64,000 bases of DNA, taken from NCBI RefSeq assembly GCF_041956535.1, contig NW_027192207.1, positions 276,454 through 340,453 on the forward strand, in the 5' to 3' direction. The position numbers and the translations under genes were made by a program. The first letter of the stretch is position 1. Each line of letters opens with the position of its first letter. A model generated the notes under the pieces. It did no database searches. It was given only the letters and a program-made list of their open reading frames with translations, and was not told the DNA's origin. The stretch comes from Calcarisporiella thermophila CBS 279.70 (Eukaryota > Fungi > Calcarisporiellomycota). This document shows positions 24,501-39,994 of the stretch, one piece after another.

Positions 24501-27192
24501 GGTGCGTGGATATCTTGCGCGGACGAGAAAGCAGCGCACCAAGAACGCTATTGTGTGCTTGCAAAGCTTAATCCGTGGTCGGGTTGCCCGCCGGGCCTAC
24601 TCCAAGCTTAGAGAAAACAGAGCGGCTGTTAAAATCCAGAGTGCTTACCGCGGTTATCGTGTTCGCCGTGAATATCAAGAAACACGCAAGAAGATTATTC
24701 TGGCCCAATGCTGCATTCGCCGATATCGGGCACGGCGCGATCTTAAACGTCTTAAGCAAGAGGCTCGCTCTGTCAATCACTACAAGGAAGTCAAGTATAA
24801 GCTCGAAAATAAGGTGGTCGAGCTCACACAACTCTTGGCGGTGGAGCGTGAGAAGAAGCAAGAGCTAATCAGAAACACGAATACACTGGAGGCCCAAGTG
24901 CATTCGTGGGCCGAGAAGTGCGAGCGACTTGAGAAGCGCACGCTAGAGCTTGAACAACAAACACAGCAGCAATCTGTTCCCCTCGTTGAATTCCAGGCGC
25001 TCCAAAAGGAAAAGAACACCATCTCTTCGCAGTACCAGGAGTCTCTTGATCGAATCAAGGCGCAGGACGAGCAGATTGTACAGTTGAAAGCATCGCAGGA
25101 CAAACTTCGCGAGGAAATCACAAAGTTGCAGGAGGAGCAGGAGAAGCAGCGCAAAGAGGTTGGAAAAAATGCAAACCAGGCCGATATTGTCGCCCAACTC
25201 CAAAAGGAGATTGCGCGGTACAAAGCCGAACTTGCGCTCAATGCTAGAGCTCCTCCTCAACCACGTCCTCAGCGTTCCATTCCTGCACCCGCTCCCTATG
25301 GTGAAGATAACCGCTCCACGTCCCTTGCGAGTACCCTCGTCGAGAATCACTATGAGAACGGATTCTTACTTAAGGAGTCCGGGGCTAATCACGGTGGTAA
25401 TCGCCCCGCAGGAAAGGCATCCACTGGATTGTCCTCTGCAACCCGGCGCCTGCGCCGCAACAGCTCCGCCGAACCCTACGATATGCTCAAAGGTTCGGGT
25501 AAACCACGCACTTCCATGGAGCATGTCATCAAGGAGGCCGTGTTTAATCCGAAGCATGTCTCTACCTCTTTCGACCATCTGGATATGAGTAAGATTCTGC
25601 GCCCGACACGTCGTGCGGCGGATCCTGAAGAAGGCGACCCCGAGGGAGAAATCATTCGATTGCTGGAGGAGGAGGAGCCAATGCGGGCAGAGATTCTTGA
25701 AGGACTTATCAAGAACCTCAAGATTCCGATGCCAAGTGTACAAAACCCATCTTCAGCGAAGGAGGTGCTTTTCCCCGCGCATGTTATTGGCCTCACGATA
25801 ACCCAAATGTGGAAGCTGGGCTTCTTGTCTGAGTCAGAAAGACTGCTTTTCAATGTGATGGATACGATTCAAAAGCAATGCTTGGTAAATATTTCTTCCT
25901 TTTTTTCATCAATATTGTTGTACCGTTACTTAACTATCCCGCTAATGATATTTCCCTCCTTCGAATAGACCTATCAAGGAGATGAGGCCCTGATTCCATG
26001 CGCTTATTGGCTTTCAAACACACACGAGCTCTACTCTCTTATCTGTGCCTCTGAGGAGGAGCTACAGCATCAAGCAAGCCTCACATCCAATGCTGGCATG
26101 CGAGCCTTTGGTTGGCATGATTTCGAGAAGCTTATTGCCACGGTGAAATACGAGATGCAGTGTCTCGAAGACAACATCTACCATGCCTGGCTTAAGGAGC
26201 TCAAGAAGCGCCTTGTGAAGATGATTGTTCCCTCGGTCATCGAGAGCCAATCGCTTCCAGGTTTCATCACCAACGACTCTGGTAGTCGCTTCCTCAACAA
26301 GCTGCTTACGGGAGGATCTCAAAATGCTTTCAGTATGGATGATATGCTCAATTTCTTCAACAAGCTGTGGCGCGCCATGAAATGCTATTACATCGAGCCT
26401 GCTGTCATACACCAAGTTCTGGCAGAGTTGCTGCGGTTAATTGGTGTGACCGGATTTAATGACCTCTTGATGCGAAAGAACTTCTGCTCATGGAAGAGAG
26501 GTAACCCACTCGACTCCTTTTCAATTATCTGAACAGTTCACTTACATTTATCCATAACCTTCTAGCAATGCAAATTCAATACAACATTACTCGCATCGAG
26601 GAGTGGTGCAAGAGCCATGATATGCAGGAGGGTACCCTGCAATTGGAGCACTTGATGCAGGCCACAAAGTTGCTTCAATTGAAGAAGGCAACGCTTCAGG
26701 ATCTGGAAATCATCTACGATGTATGCTGGATTCTCACGCCCACACAAATTCAAAAGCTGATTTCCCACTACCATGTCGCCGACTACGAGGTACTATCCCA
26801 TTGATATTTTACCGTTGTTTTTTTTATTGGTGCTAACAATGGTCTTTGTAAAACAGAGCCCAATTAGCCCAGAGATTCTAAAGGCGGTGGCTAGTCGCGT
26901 GAATGCGTCGGATAAGTCCGACATCCTGCTGTTGGACACAATCCCAGTTGAGGAGCCAGCGGCCGCTTTCGAGATTCCTGAACAACGTCCCTCGCGTACG
27001 CCAGAGAAATACCTTCCTTCATGGGTAATTTCCCTCCCTCTATTTACATTACAACATCAATCCAATATTGCTAACCTTAATTTTTGACAATCCTCACAGT
27101 TGAATCTTGCTCGTTTGCGTCGCCTCACTTACCTTTGTGAATTGCAGAGTGAGCTTGAGATGGCCGCAAGAGACACTATCGATGAAGAATGA
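21530..27192 (+). CDS. MYO2: Class V myosin (motor, IQ repeats, coiled coil, DIL cargo domain), multi-exon
   Basis: GESGAGKT P-loop across an intron, [28 protein letters not shown] motifs, DIL domain CSWKRAMQIQYN. Confidence 0.97.
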
Positions 27193-27628
27193 ATTTGATC
27201 GCATCTGGTTTTTTGGTTTCTTTTTTGCAGCGGTTTTCTTATTTTATTCGGGCAGGCTATGGATAGAAACTCATTTTGTTGTCATAACATTATTATATAC
27301 ATATAGCTTTTATTTGTTATTGTTACTACTTGGTAATTTCATTTATAGCCTATTTTATTTGATCCTATTCCTACTTCCCTTGAAATAGAAGGCCAAATGG
27401 AAGAAATAACTTTATGCTTTTCTTGAGTGTAAAACTTGTTTCCTGTTGCCACCGAACTCGCACCTCTCCAACCTTCGCAGCCAATCCACTTCAGTCCAAG
27501 TAGGCAGTCACATATCTTAGTTTAAAAAATGCGAGTTCGACGCGGTCCAACTCGTTCCTTGTCCTTTTTGAGCATTGGGTATACATTATTCACGAAGTCG
27601 TCCAAAAGCTAAATTATTTTCATTTCCC

Positions 27629-30196
<2,568 letters not shown>

Positions 30197-30523
30197 ATAT
30201 TATAATGTTGATTTTTGAACAATTTTTTGTTGTTTTTGCTCTAATATTTTCTTCTCTTGGTTTATACTTTTTCAAGTAGTTTCATATTATTTCATTCCCA
30301 TTTCTATATCCCCGGTTATTATATACATAATTTTCCTTATTCAAAACGTGTTAAATATACCGAAAAAAAAACTTATAATATGAATACTCCAATATTTAAC
30401 TTTCTTCCTCATGAACGATTTCTTCAATAAGTCTTGGATTTATTTGATGAATAAAATACGTGGTTGATTTAAATAAAGCTCGGTTAAAATTGGGGGGCCA
30501 TTCGAGTAAAAAAAATAGGTACT

Positions 30524-31956
30524 TTAGTAAATCTGCCAAAGGCTGATGCGTTCATCCTTTCCGGCGGCAGCCACCCAATTTTTCGATGCCTCCCCCTCCT
30601 CTGTTGGCTCCTCTTGGCTCAGTACGTTGGTAAATGCCAGGGCATAGACACTCTCAGTGTGATAGGATAGTATGGCTAGTGGTTTGAACGTCTTTGAAGA
30701 GAAAATTCGTACTCTTCGGATAGTATTATTTCGAAAAAAAGTATAATTAGAGGCCACCCTTTTGGATGAAAAAAAGAAAGTTTGCTTACTTTCCATCCCA
30801 CCCGGCGGTACCAAAAATTCGACCATCCGAGCGTATCTTGACATTGGAAACGCCAGCATGTTTTACCGTCAGAATACGCACAACAGGTTTGTCCGTCTAT
30901 TTCCAAGTCACCTGTCATGAGTCAACCATCACCAAAATATTATTTGGTAAACCTACCTCAACAAGTGAGTACTTGACAATTTTATCATCTTCGCCGCAGG
31001 AGAGGGCCCAGTTACAATCACTTGACACATCCAATCCTAATGCTATTCACATGCACGCCAGTAGAACGTTGAGAGGAATTTCTTATCCATCACATATATG
31101 CAAAATCCAAAAAATACCTGTGCCCGAATGCTCCTTTACGGACCACACCTTTTCCACATTGTCCATTAATTTCCATAGAATTACATTGCCAGATTCGTAG
31201 GCGACTAGAAGAAGGTAAAAGCTCTCAAGCTTAAATAGACGAATTGCCATGCAGAGTCCTAGAGAGCAACATTAGGACATATATCATAACGAGATAGATT
31301 TTCAATGGGATACCTGTTTGCTTTCGTACATCCTCGCCGATATTTTTGAATAGTGGTTGCATCTCGTTAAAATCAAAAATATCAACCTACAATGAATGGT
31401 TAACAATTAAAAAGGCTACAGGTACACATGCGACAAGCTTACCACATCGGATCTTTCGAGACCAGGAAGTGCAATCAACTGTTGATTACTCCCTCCACAG
31501 CAGAGAGAGAAGGAGCAGAAATTGAGCGAGTTCACGGGTATTGTTCTTTGCGGTGAATTCATTCGAATTGGCTCGGACGCAGAATCTTCAAGCTCCCATA
31601 CCTTCAACTTATTATCACGTCCTTGACTTTGCAAATAGATTGTAAAGAAAAGATTATATTTATATGTAAACGAATTATATCCATACCTGATAATAATCCC
31701 GTCCAAAGGCCAAACTGCTATAATTGAGTCTTCATGGCCTCGAAAACGGTGTAGCGGTCGACGTGTTTTTAAATTCCAAACAATAATATATCCATCAGCA
31801 TCTCTAAAAACGCGAAAAAAAAAACATTAATTCAAATATCACCTAATTTGAATACAAAGATTACCCAGATATGAGATTCCTGTTGTCATTCGTAAATAAT
31901 ATTGTGTTTACTTGCGATGTATGACCTCGAAATACGTAGCTTGGTACTAGTGTCAT
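30524..31956 (-). CDS. ASA1: WD40 protein ASA1/GNB1L (ASTRA/TTT-associated), multi-exon
   Basis: YVFRGHT, SQGRDNKLKVW, NSLNFCSFS, WDGKVRIFSSKTFKPLAILSYH, AAGKDERISLW. Confidence 0.85.
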
Positions 31957-32329
31957 CAAAAAGGTGCTCTGCAAGAATGCATCGTTAACTTTAACTTCAT
32001 GTACTGTGACTTATTATTTTCATCCCAATTGATGCATGAAAATTTGCTGTACTTTCATTGTCCGTAGCAAATTCATTATCACAACTTATTATCAACGGAA
32101 AACTATAAGTAATATTAATTTTATTATTAATATAGAAAAATACTATAGAGTATTGCAAGGTATCTTTATATCAGTCAGTTGTTGAACGGGGTAGAAGAAT
32201 ATCTTCTTCTCGTTATCTTAGTGGCTCTTTTGCTTGCGTTATACAAGGAGATTGATGTTAATTGAGCAGAGGATGGAATGTTATATTTTCAATGCTGCAA
32301 TTTTATGTTAAAATATAGGCAATTTCCAA

Positions 32330-32610
32330 TAAGACAAATATCTTGTTCAAGGAAGCGAGGTCAGATATTGAAAACTGTTTAGGAGCTGAGAACTGTGAAA
32401 CGGTTGATTTTTACTAAGGTTAGCGAGTTTCTACAGAGAATGCGGGGACTTGAAAAGGCAGAACAGCCGTATCAAATGATGTTGGCGATTATGGAAAGGG
32501 TATATGGAGCTGAGGGTCTTGATATTGAATATACTCTGCAAAAGTTAGCAGATTTTTACATTATTCGTCGAAATTGCAACTAGGCAGATCAACTATATCA
32601 AAGAGGTGAT
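32330..32610 (+). pseudogene. Degenerate TPR-repeat gene fragment
   Basis: EKAEQPYQMMLAIMERVYGAEGLDIEYTLQKLADFY, in-frame stop, then ADQLYQR; resembles the repeats of 61303-62043. Confidence 0.7.
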
Positions 32611-34292
32611 GTATAACAATTTAAAAAATCCCTAGATTGGTATTCTCAAATATATAAACACCATATACATTAAAGTAATTTTGATATTGAAAAAAGGGTT
32701 ATAAAATTGAATACTCAAGCTCTTAAACTTGCCTTAGAAATTGTGTATGAAATTTTTATTTTTCACTTCTTATCCTTTCATATCATCATATCAAACTATA
32801 TTAAGGTGCGTTAAAAATAGCAAACACGTCTATTTATGCTCTATTTGACTGTCTTTATGGACTTGTAAAAACTTGATGTTGGATTAACTAGAGAATTACA
32901 GTTGTATACTTTGGTATGTAAATGAAGGGTTTTTATATATTCGCACGTCCGACCATATGACGCATTTACAACTTTCAAGATCCTATGCCGATATTTACGG
33001 GCAAAGCCAATGTAAACATATTGATAGCCAATTTACAAAAGAAGCCTACTTTTTTTACACAACCTTGAATTCACTTTACTACTATTCAGCGTATTACTCA
33101 TTCCTGTCAGAAATAATTAACATTGTAATTCTCCATGGATTTTTCGTTAGCATCCAAAAAAATATTACACACGCTTGCATTGAAGTTTCGAAAAAGGGGC
33201 TTTTTCCTGTCTTTCTGAAAGAACGCGTGGACAACCTGCAGTTGGCTTGGGAGCTTGAGGTGCGCACAAGCTACAATATTTATTCACGGAACCGCACCTG
33301 ATCCCAAGTGTAAGGGAGAACTTTTTAGAAGTAATCCTTCAATCCTTAAGGTGATCCAAGTTGTAACACCTTCTGGAAGTTTCTTCATTAGGTGTGGCAA
33401 TAAAGTGTTGGAAGTAAGGAGAACTGCAGCAAGTGAAGCATTTATTTTAAGACTTTTTTTATATCAAGTAGCCTTGATTTTTTTCACAATAATAAAAAAC
33501 TTATTTAATTTTTCGAGCGAGAGAATATCTTTTACCTTCACTTTTCATATCTATTTCTTACCTGACTTTGTTTAGTTCTTTTAAATAGTTTCAGTCAATA
33601 GTTTTCTAATTCTTCTAGCGATTCTTTATTATTTTTTAAACTATTAATAATAATGCTCTCGTCACTTTACAGTTCTGTTGACGCAATTTACTCGATCGAT
33701 TCACTCCACGCTCTTTCGAAGCCACTTCAGCATGCGTCGCTCCACGCTTACATTCTCGCCAGCTTCTCTGCGCAGATTTCCTTCTTTATCCTTTCGCTCC
33801 ACCTGCACTAAAATACCTGTCGAGGGACCAATCAAAGCACCACATTTTGTAAGAGTACTGTGGGAAGCACTGCAGCTTCAGCGTTGATCCACCTTAATTA
33901 AGGTGCTGTAGTACTTCTCAGAGTCTGATCATCCACCAATAGGCGTAATGGTCTCGACAACGCACTTCTAACATTATTGGCCTGAGACAGGTTGAGTGAA
34001 AGGTATGGGGTCTGAAAGATGCATTTGCACGTTCCCCTTGTCTTCTCAGCGGCAGAGTCCATCAGCGCATCACCCAAAGAGAAATGCGTAACCGGTTTGA
34101 TGCTCTATATTTCCGCATGCACCCAAACGACTCACCTGGGCACAATTGAACATCACTACGACTATAAAAAAGGCCTCAGCAGGGCATTCGCAGCACGCTC
34201 TTTTCTACCTACAATTTGTTTCGCCAGTTGATTTCTCACACCGTTGACAAAAGAATCAATCGCAAACTTACCTGCAAGTGGAATCAACCAAA

Positions 34293-34864
34293 ATGCAACT
34301 TGTAAAATTAGCTGTCAGTTTCGTGGTTGTTTGCGCAATCCAGCTGTTTGCATCGGCAAACGTGATTACAAATGATGAAATTATGAAAAGGCAGAGCGCA
34401 GGTAGTATCTAAGTTCGAATGCTTGTAGAACGGTCAATTCAGACTAACTCGCACTATTGATTATTTGCTCCATAGATATAACAGGTAAACATCGCTCAAT
34501 CATGCCATAGCCAGGAATTTATTTGTATGCTAATGGACCATGCATCATGTCATTTGTGCTTTTCGATTACCCTAAATAGAAGGCAACCTAAGTATTGTTA
34601 AATGGTATAATATGATATTTCTTTTGAAGACTAACGCAGTTATGTTCAGTTATGTCAGAGACCCTACTCCCTGCAAATTCTTTCTTTCAAAAAATAGGTA
34701 AAAGACAAACTTGTCCAAGTGGCTTCGGCTTGTGTAGTAGTGGAAGGTGTTGTCCAATCGGAGGCGATTGTTGTTCAAACCAAAGTTGCTGTAATAAGGG
34801 TTCGTATTGTTTGAAATCTAAGGGAAAAATCGGTTGTTGCCCGAATGGTAAAACGTGCGAGTAA
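34293..34864 (+). CDS. Small secreted cysteine-rich prepropeptide (4 exons, including 9-nt and 12-nt micro-exons)
   Basis: Exons 34293-34401, 34476-34484, 34580-34591, 34650-34864 splice in phase; signal peptide, two KR|Q sites, 12-Cys C-terminal domain; TATAAAA at ~34163. Confidence 0.8.
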
Positions 34865-35214
34865 AAAGAAATATCTACGCAGTTGGTGTATATTGTTTAT
34901 AATGCTATGTATATAATATAATTTCACTACCACCTAGGCCATTCAACAATTCAATCAGGTAAAATTTTAATAAATCATGTCAGGAGGAGGTTCTATTTTT
35001 TATTTTACAGAATTGATGAAACAGAAAATATAATCAACATCGTAGTGAAATATATACATAAATGCATATTTGAAAGAGTCACTCAAAAACATAGTGTAAT
35101 ATATCATATTACAGCTATTTTTCAGGCATATAGCAAGTGTGAGCAAAATCGTACTAGTAAAGAAATAGGAATGATAAAAAATGTTAAAAGCTATGACAGA
35201 AAAGGGAAAACTTT

Positions 35215-35380
35215 CACATATTCAGAAAATGGTCTACATATTGATTGAGTTTGGTTGTCATCATATATCTTCTATCAAAAAATATAATGATTCTCCGAGG
35301 AAAAATTGTATAGAAAAGCCAATGTCGGGTTACCGACCATAAGCTAGTTGTGTAATCTTCGCTTGTCGACAAGTTCACAT
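35215..35380 (-). repeat. Degenerate tandem copy of the SIW14 3' end
   Basis: gaggaaaa(a)ttgtataga...ttaccga...cgcttgtcgacaag matches ~35850-35998; contains an in-frame stop. Confidence 0.7.
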
Positions 35381-35875
35381 ATTGTAATCCTTGTGGATGA
35401 TAATGATGATGGCATTACTAATAGGTGCAAACATTTTCCGAAGCAATACAAACGTCTAAAAAACACTACTCGATCGTCGAAGCAAGATGGTGGTGAAAGG
35501 GGTGAAAGTTATATTCAAAATAAAATGACACCATGGTTTGTATAATATTGAGGAATAATAATTTTAATTACTTTTTGCATTTATTTAGCGTTCTATTTTC
35601 TTTTTTGCATATACATTATTTTAGCTTGCTTGTCAAAAAAATTATAAAACTTATTTTAATGACAGCTTACAGATCCTTGTTCAGTCTTTCCGCAATTTGA
35701 GATAATCATAGCTTTATACTTTTTTGTCCTTGATCAAAGTTTGTCGAAGAAAAAACAGATAAATATTATTAAGAAAATGGATGTATATACAAGAGAGGAA
35801 ACAAAGAAAAATATCACATTTTCAAAAAAAAAAAACTTACAAATCATGACATACATATTGAATCTTTTTTGAGTG

Positions 35876-36990
<1,115 letters not shown>

Positions 36991-37953
36991 GATGTACTGA
37001 GCTGAGGGGAATGACGAATGGTCGATCTATCGTGCAAGCGGAGAAAGGATTTTCTACTTTCACTTTATCAAAACGCAAGGACATGCCAATCGGTGTATTA
37101 AAGTCTAAAAGATATTACACGTGCCCCCAGCCACGAAATGGATCAAAATAGAGATGCGCATACATCGAAGTTTTCGATGCGATGTTCCCAAAAAAATACG
37201 CCACCGCCTTGTACTTCAATCTGCAATTTGGCGAGGGAAAGAGGCGCTCCATCGAGGGAGAAAGCTATCTTAAACCTTGTCTGATTCGAACCAGCAGAAA
37301 ATCTCTCCGTTGGTGCCGATTCCAAATCTTCGTATAACCAAGGGCAAAACAGGCACAACTGACGAGCAAGGTACCTTACCCGGGAGCCCTCCTCTTGACT
37401 GAGGAAATGCTAACGAAAGGAAAAGGCCAGCGATCCGCTTCGCACTTTGCAGACTCTAGATATTGCAGGTTCGCACCATTCAAGTGGTCTCCTCTGGATG
37501 GAAAATTGATTGTGCGGAGGTTGATCGTTAGGGCACCGCCAGCAGCGAGCTTCATGATCTGGGGACTCTCTCAAGCAACTCTAAGATTTCGCGATTTTTA
37601 ATATACCTGTTCAATATCGAATGGCCACGCCCAACGCGACACAGAGATACGGACTCCCACCAGTGCTCCGGTCGTTGTAAGAGGTTCCAGAGCCCACACT
37701 TGCCATTTTCCTCTCTAACAAAAGCCAGAGTTCGGGGCCCCCTTCTTCAGCGCTAATAAGCCCCTTGATTCTTTCTCATCAGCCCCCAGGCTACCGTCTC
37801 TGGGGCCGCTCAAAGCTAAAAAGCCATCCAAAAAAGCAATGAAAGTGAATAAAGCTGTTGGGGTGGTGAAGCGAGCCTTCTTTTTCCCTCTACATGGTAT
37901 AAAGTTCGACTTCCTCTTCATTGCGCATTCCATACATTCTACATCCCAAAAGC

Positions 37954-38361
37954 ATGGATATCAACTGGTGTCTCGTGTGCGAGAAGAAATTCAACAATCA
38001 TGTATGTTCTCGATCCCCTTTCTTAATGCCAAGACACTCGTGAGCCTAACCCTCTCCTCTCTCTTCCGCAATTTACCGTTAGGATGACGACCTCGCCCTC
38101 TACTGCAGCATCCATTGTGCGCGTGCCGACTCTCAGCATTCAAGCATGTCCTCATCCCCGCTCTGTTCCCGGCTGCCCCTCGACTCTTTGTCCACGATTG
38201 GCTCGGCTTCTCCTTGCTCTACCCCTCCTGCCACCATCGTCGACACTCCCATTCTCAATCCACGGCGTCGCTCTCTGCAACAGCAAGTCGCTTCGCCACC
38301 CTTGCTCTCGTTAACAGCATTATACCCACTGGCCGCCACGAGCTTCCAGAAAAAAAGATAG
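37954..38361 (+). CDS. ECL1: Ecl1-family zinc-binding protein (2 exons)
   Basis: Exons 37954-38001 and 38083-38361 give MDINWCLVCEKKFNNHDDDLALYCSIHCARAD plus an S/P-rich tail; TATAAA at ~37898. Confidence 0.85.
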
Positions 38362-39025
38362 ATGTTACTTACCTTGATATCGATTGACTTTCGATATTAT
38401 CCTCTTTCTCCCATCCATTCCCTTCATTCCTTCAGTATATCCAACTCGACTTTCTGTACATACACACGTACCTATCTATATAGCCAAAAGCAACAAAGTG
38501 GGCAAAAATAGCCTCTGATTCTCCCCTAAGCGGTCTTGCCTTGATATATATATATATACATATTTATTACTCTATCTATACCGTTTGTTGTCCACATTCC
38601 TTTTTGTCATTGGAACTTGTATTCTTGTGAAAAGATGAAAACATATATACACAAATATATTAAATAAACTGTGTAAAGCATTCATAGCATGATCAAAGCA
38701 TATAAAACAAAGTATTACAACCTGGATTTTCTAAAGAGGATTAAGCATATTGCAAAAGACATTAAGAGAGGGATTAGGTGAATTCCTCGAGAGGAGATGT
38801 AGGTTAAAAATTAATGTGGTAGAGTGAAATGGGAATAGTTCCAGGAGAGGAAGTAGGAGCTATGAAATAGAAATATACAGTGCCAAGAGGCCAAGGGGAG
38901 GGAAGATGGATAAATATATAGATAGGACCATGATAAATAACAAAGGGGAGAAATGTACACAAAGTTATTTGTCAAAGGATAAATGATCTCTATAAGCTTG
39001 GGAGGGAGGGAGGGAGGGAGCTATC

Positions 39026-39994
39026 TTAGTACGCTTTTATCGGTGTCATAGAGGCAGGCAGTATCCAACTCCGCAATGAGTAGAGCGTGTCCCACATCGA
39101 GTCTACAATATCTTGAATCTGCAGCACCAGGGTGTTGACGAGATGGTCGATTGCTTTCTGGGTGCATTTCCCCATACGCTTGAGAAGGAGCGCACCGAGC
39201 TCCTCGAAGACGAACTTCACCAGGGGCAGGGCAATCATTGGTGCCTCCTCAATGGCCCGGAGCGTCTCGGTACGCTCGTTCAGGAGGGTCTTCGCATCGT
39301 ATATGCTCTTCTCAGACCAGAGCGCTGTCAACTGGAGCATTTCAATCCGCGAGACAAGGATTTGGTCGAGCTGCAATGCATGCAGCACCCACACCGCAAA
39401 GTGGCCGCAATTGACGGTGATAAGGCGGTACATTTTCTTTCGCTGCTCCTGGGAGTCATTGGTTTGGTCGACTTCCATTACTGCGTTGGCATTATCAGTG
39501 GTCATTGCTTGTGGGACTCCGTCGCGCTCCCATTGATTAATGAGCTGTTGCACCCAGAGGTCTATATCTTCACATTCAAATCGCTTGGTGCCGACAAGGA
39601 GAGGGCACTTGCGACAGGGATCTCTCCACGATTGATCGGGTGGCAACGTGCTTTTGGTCACGCGGGTGACACCCTTGGATATGACAAAGTAAAGCGTGTT
39701 ATTTTGGTCATTCCATGTCACACCCCATTCCAATCGGTATAGTGTCGTTTGTGTCTGGTGAAAAATAATTAGGGCGGATGTTAAATCACTATTCTTGGGT
39801 GTGGCGAAAAAAAGGCTATGAATGCTTACCTGCTGTTTGAACTCGAGCATCACATATATATGCTGCAAATAGGGGATAGCAGCAGCGATATTCTTTGGCA
39901 GAATCGGGATGGGAAGCGGCTCGCAGGCATAGTAGGCGGACAGATGCACGTCGTTGCATCGGCCGCCCTGATGACTAGACTTTGCTGTTACCAT
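39026..39994 (-). CDS. Permuted papain-fold (PPPDE/NlpC-P60-like) putative cysteine peptidase
   Basis: His in LQHIYVMLEF, RLEWG, Cys in YRLITVNCGHFA; in-frame 75-nt GT-AG intron at 39829-39755; TATAAAA at ~40149. Confidence 0.65.
   Translation of the reverse strand: MVTAKSSHQGGRCNDVHLSAYYACEPLPIPILPKNIAAAIPYLQHIYVMLEFKQQVSIHSLFFATPKNSDLTSALIIFHQTQTTLYRLEWGVTWNDQNNTLYFVISKGVTRVTKSTLPPDQSWRDPCRKCPLLVGTKRFECEDIDLWVQQLINQWERDGVPQAMTTDNANAVMEVDQTNDSQEQRKKMYRLITVNCGHFAVWVLHALQLDQILVSRIEMLQLTALWSEKSIYDAKTLLNERTETLRAIEEAPMIALPLVKFVFEELGALLLKRMGKCTQKAIDHLVNTLVLQIQDIVDSMWDTLYSLRSWILPASMTPIKAY

Noticed and set aside
33290-33900. Possible TE or pseudogene remnant
   Set aside because: No motif, terminal repeat or intact frame
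37270-37350. GGTTCGAATC B-box suggesting a tRNA
   Set aside because: No acceptor, D or anticodon stems can be formed
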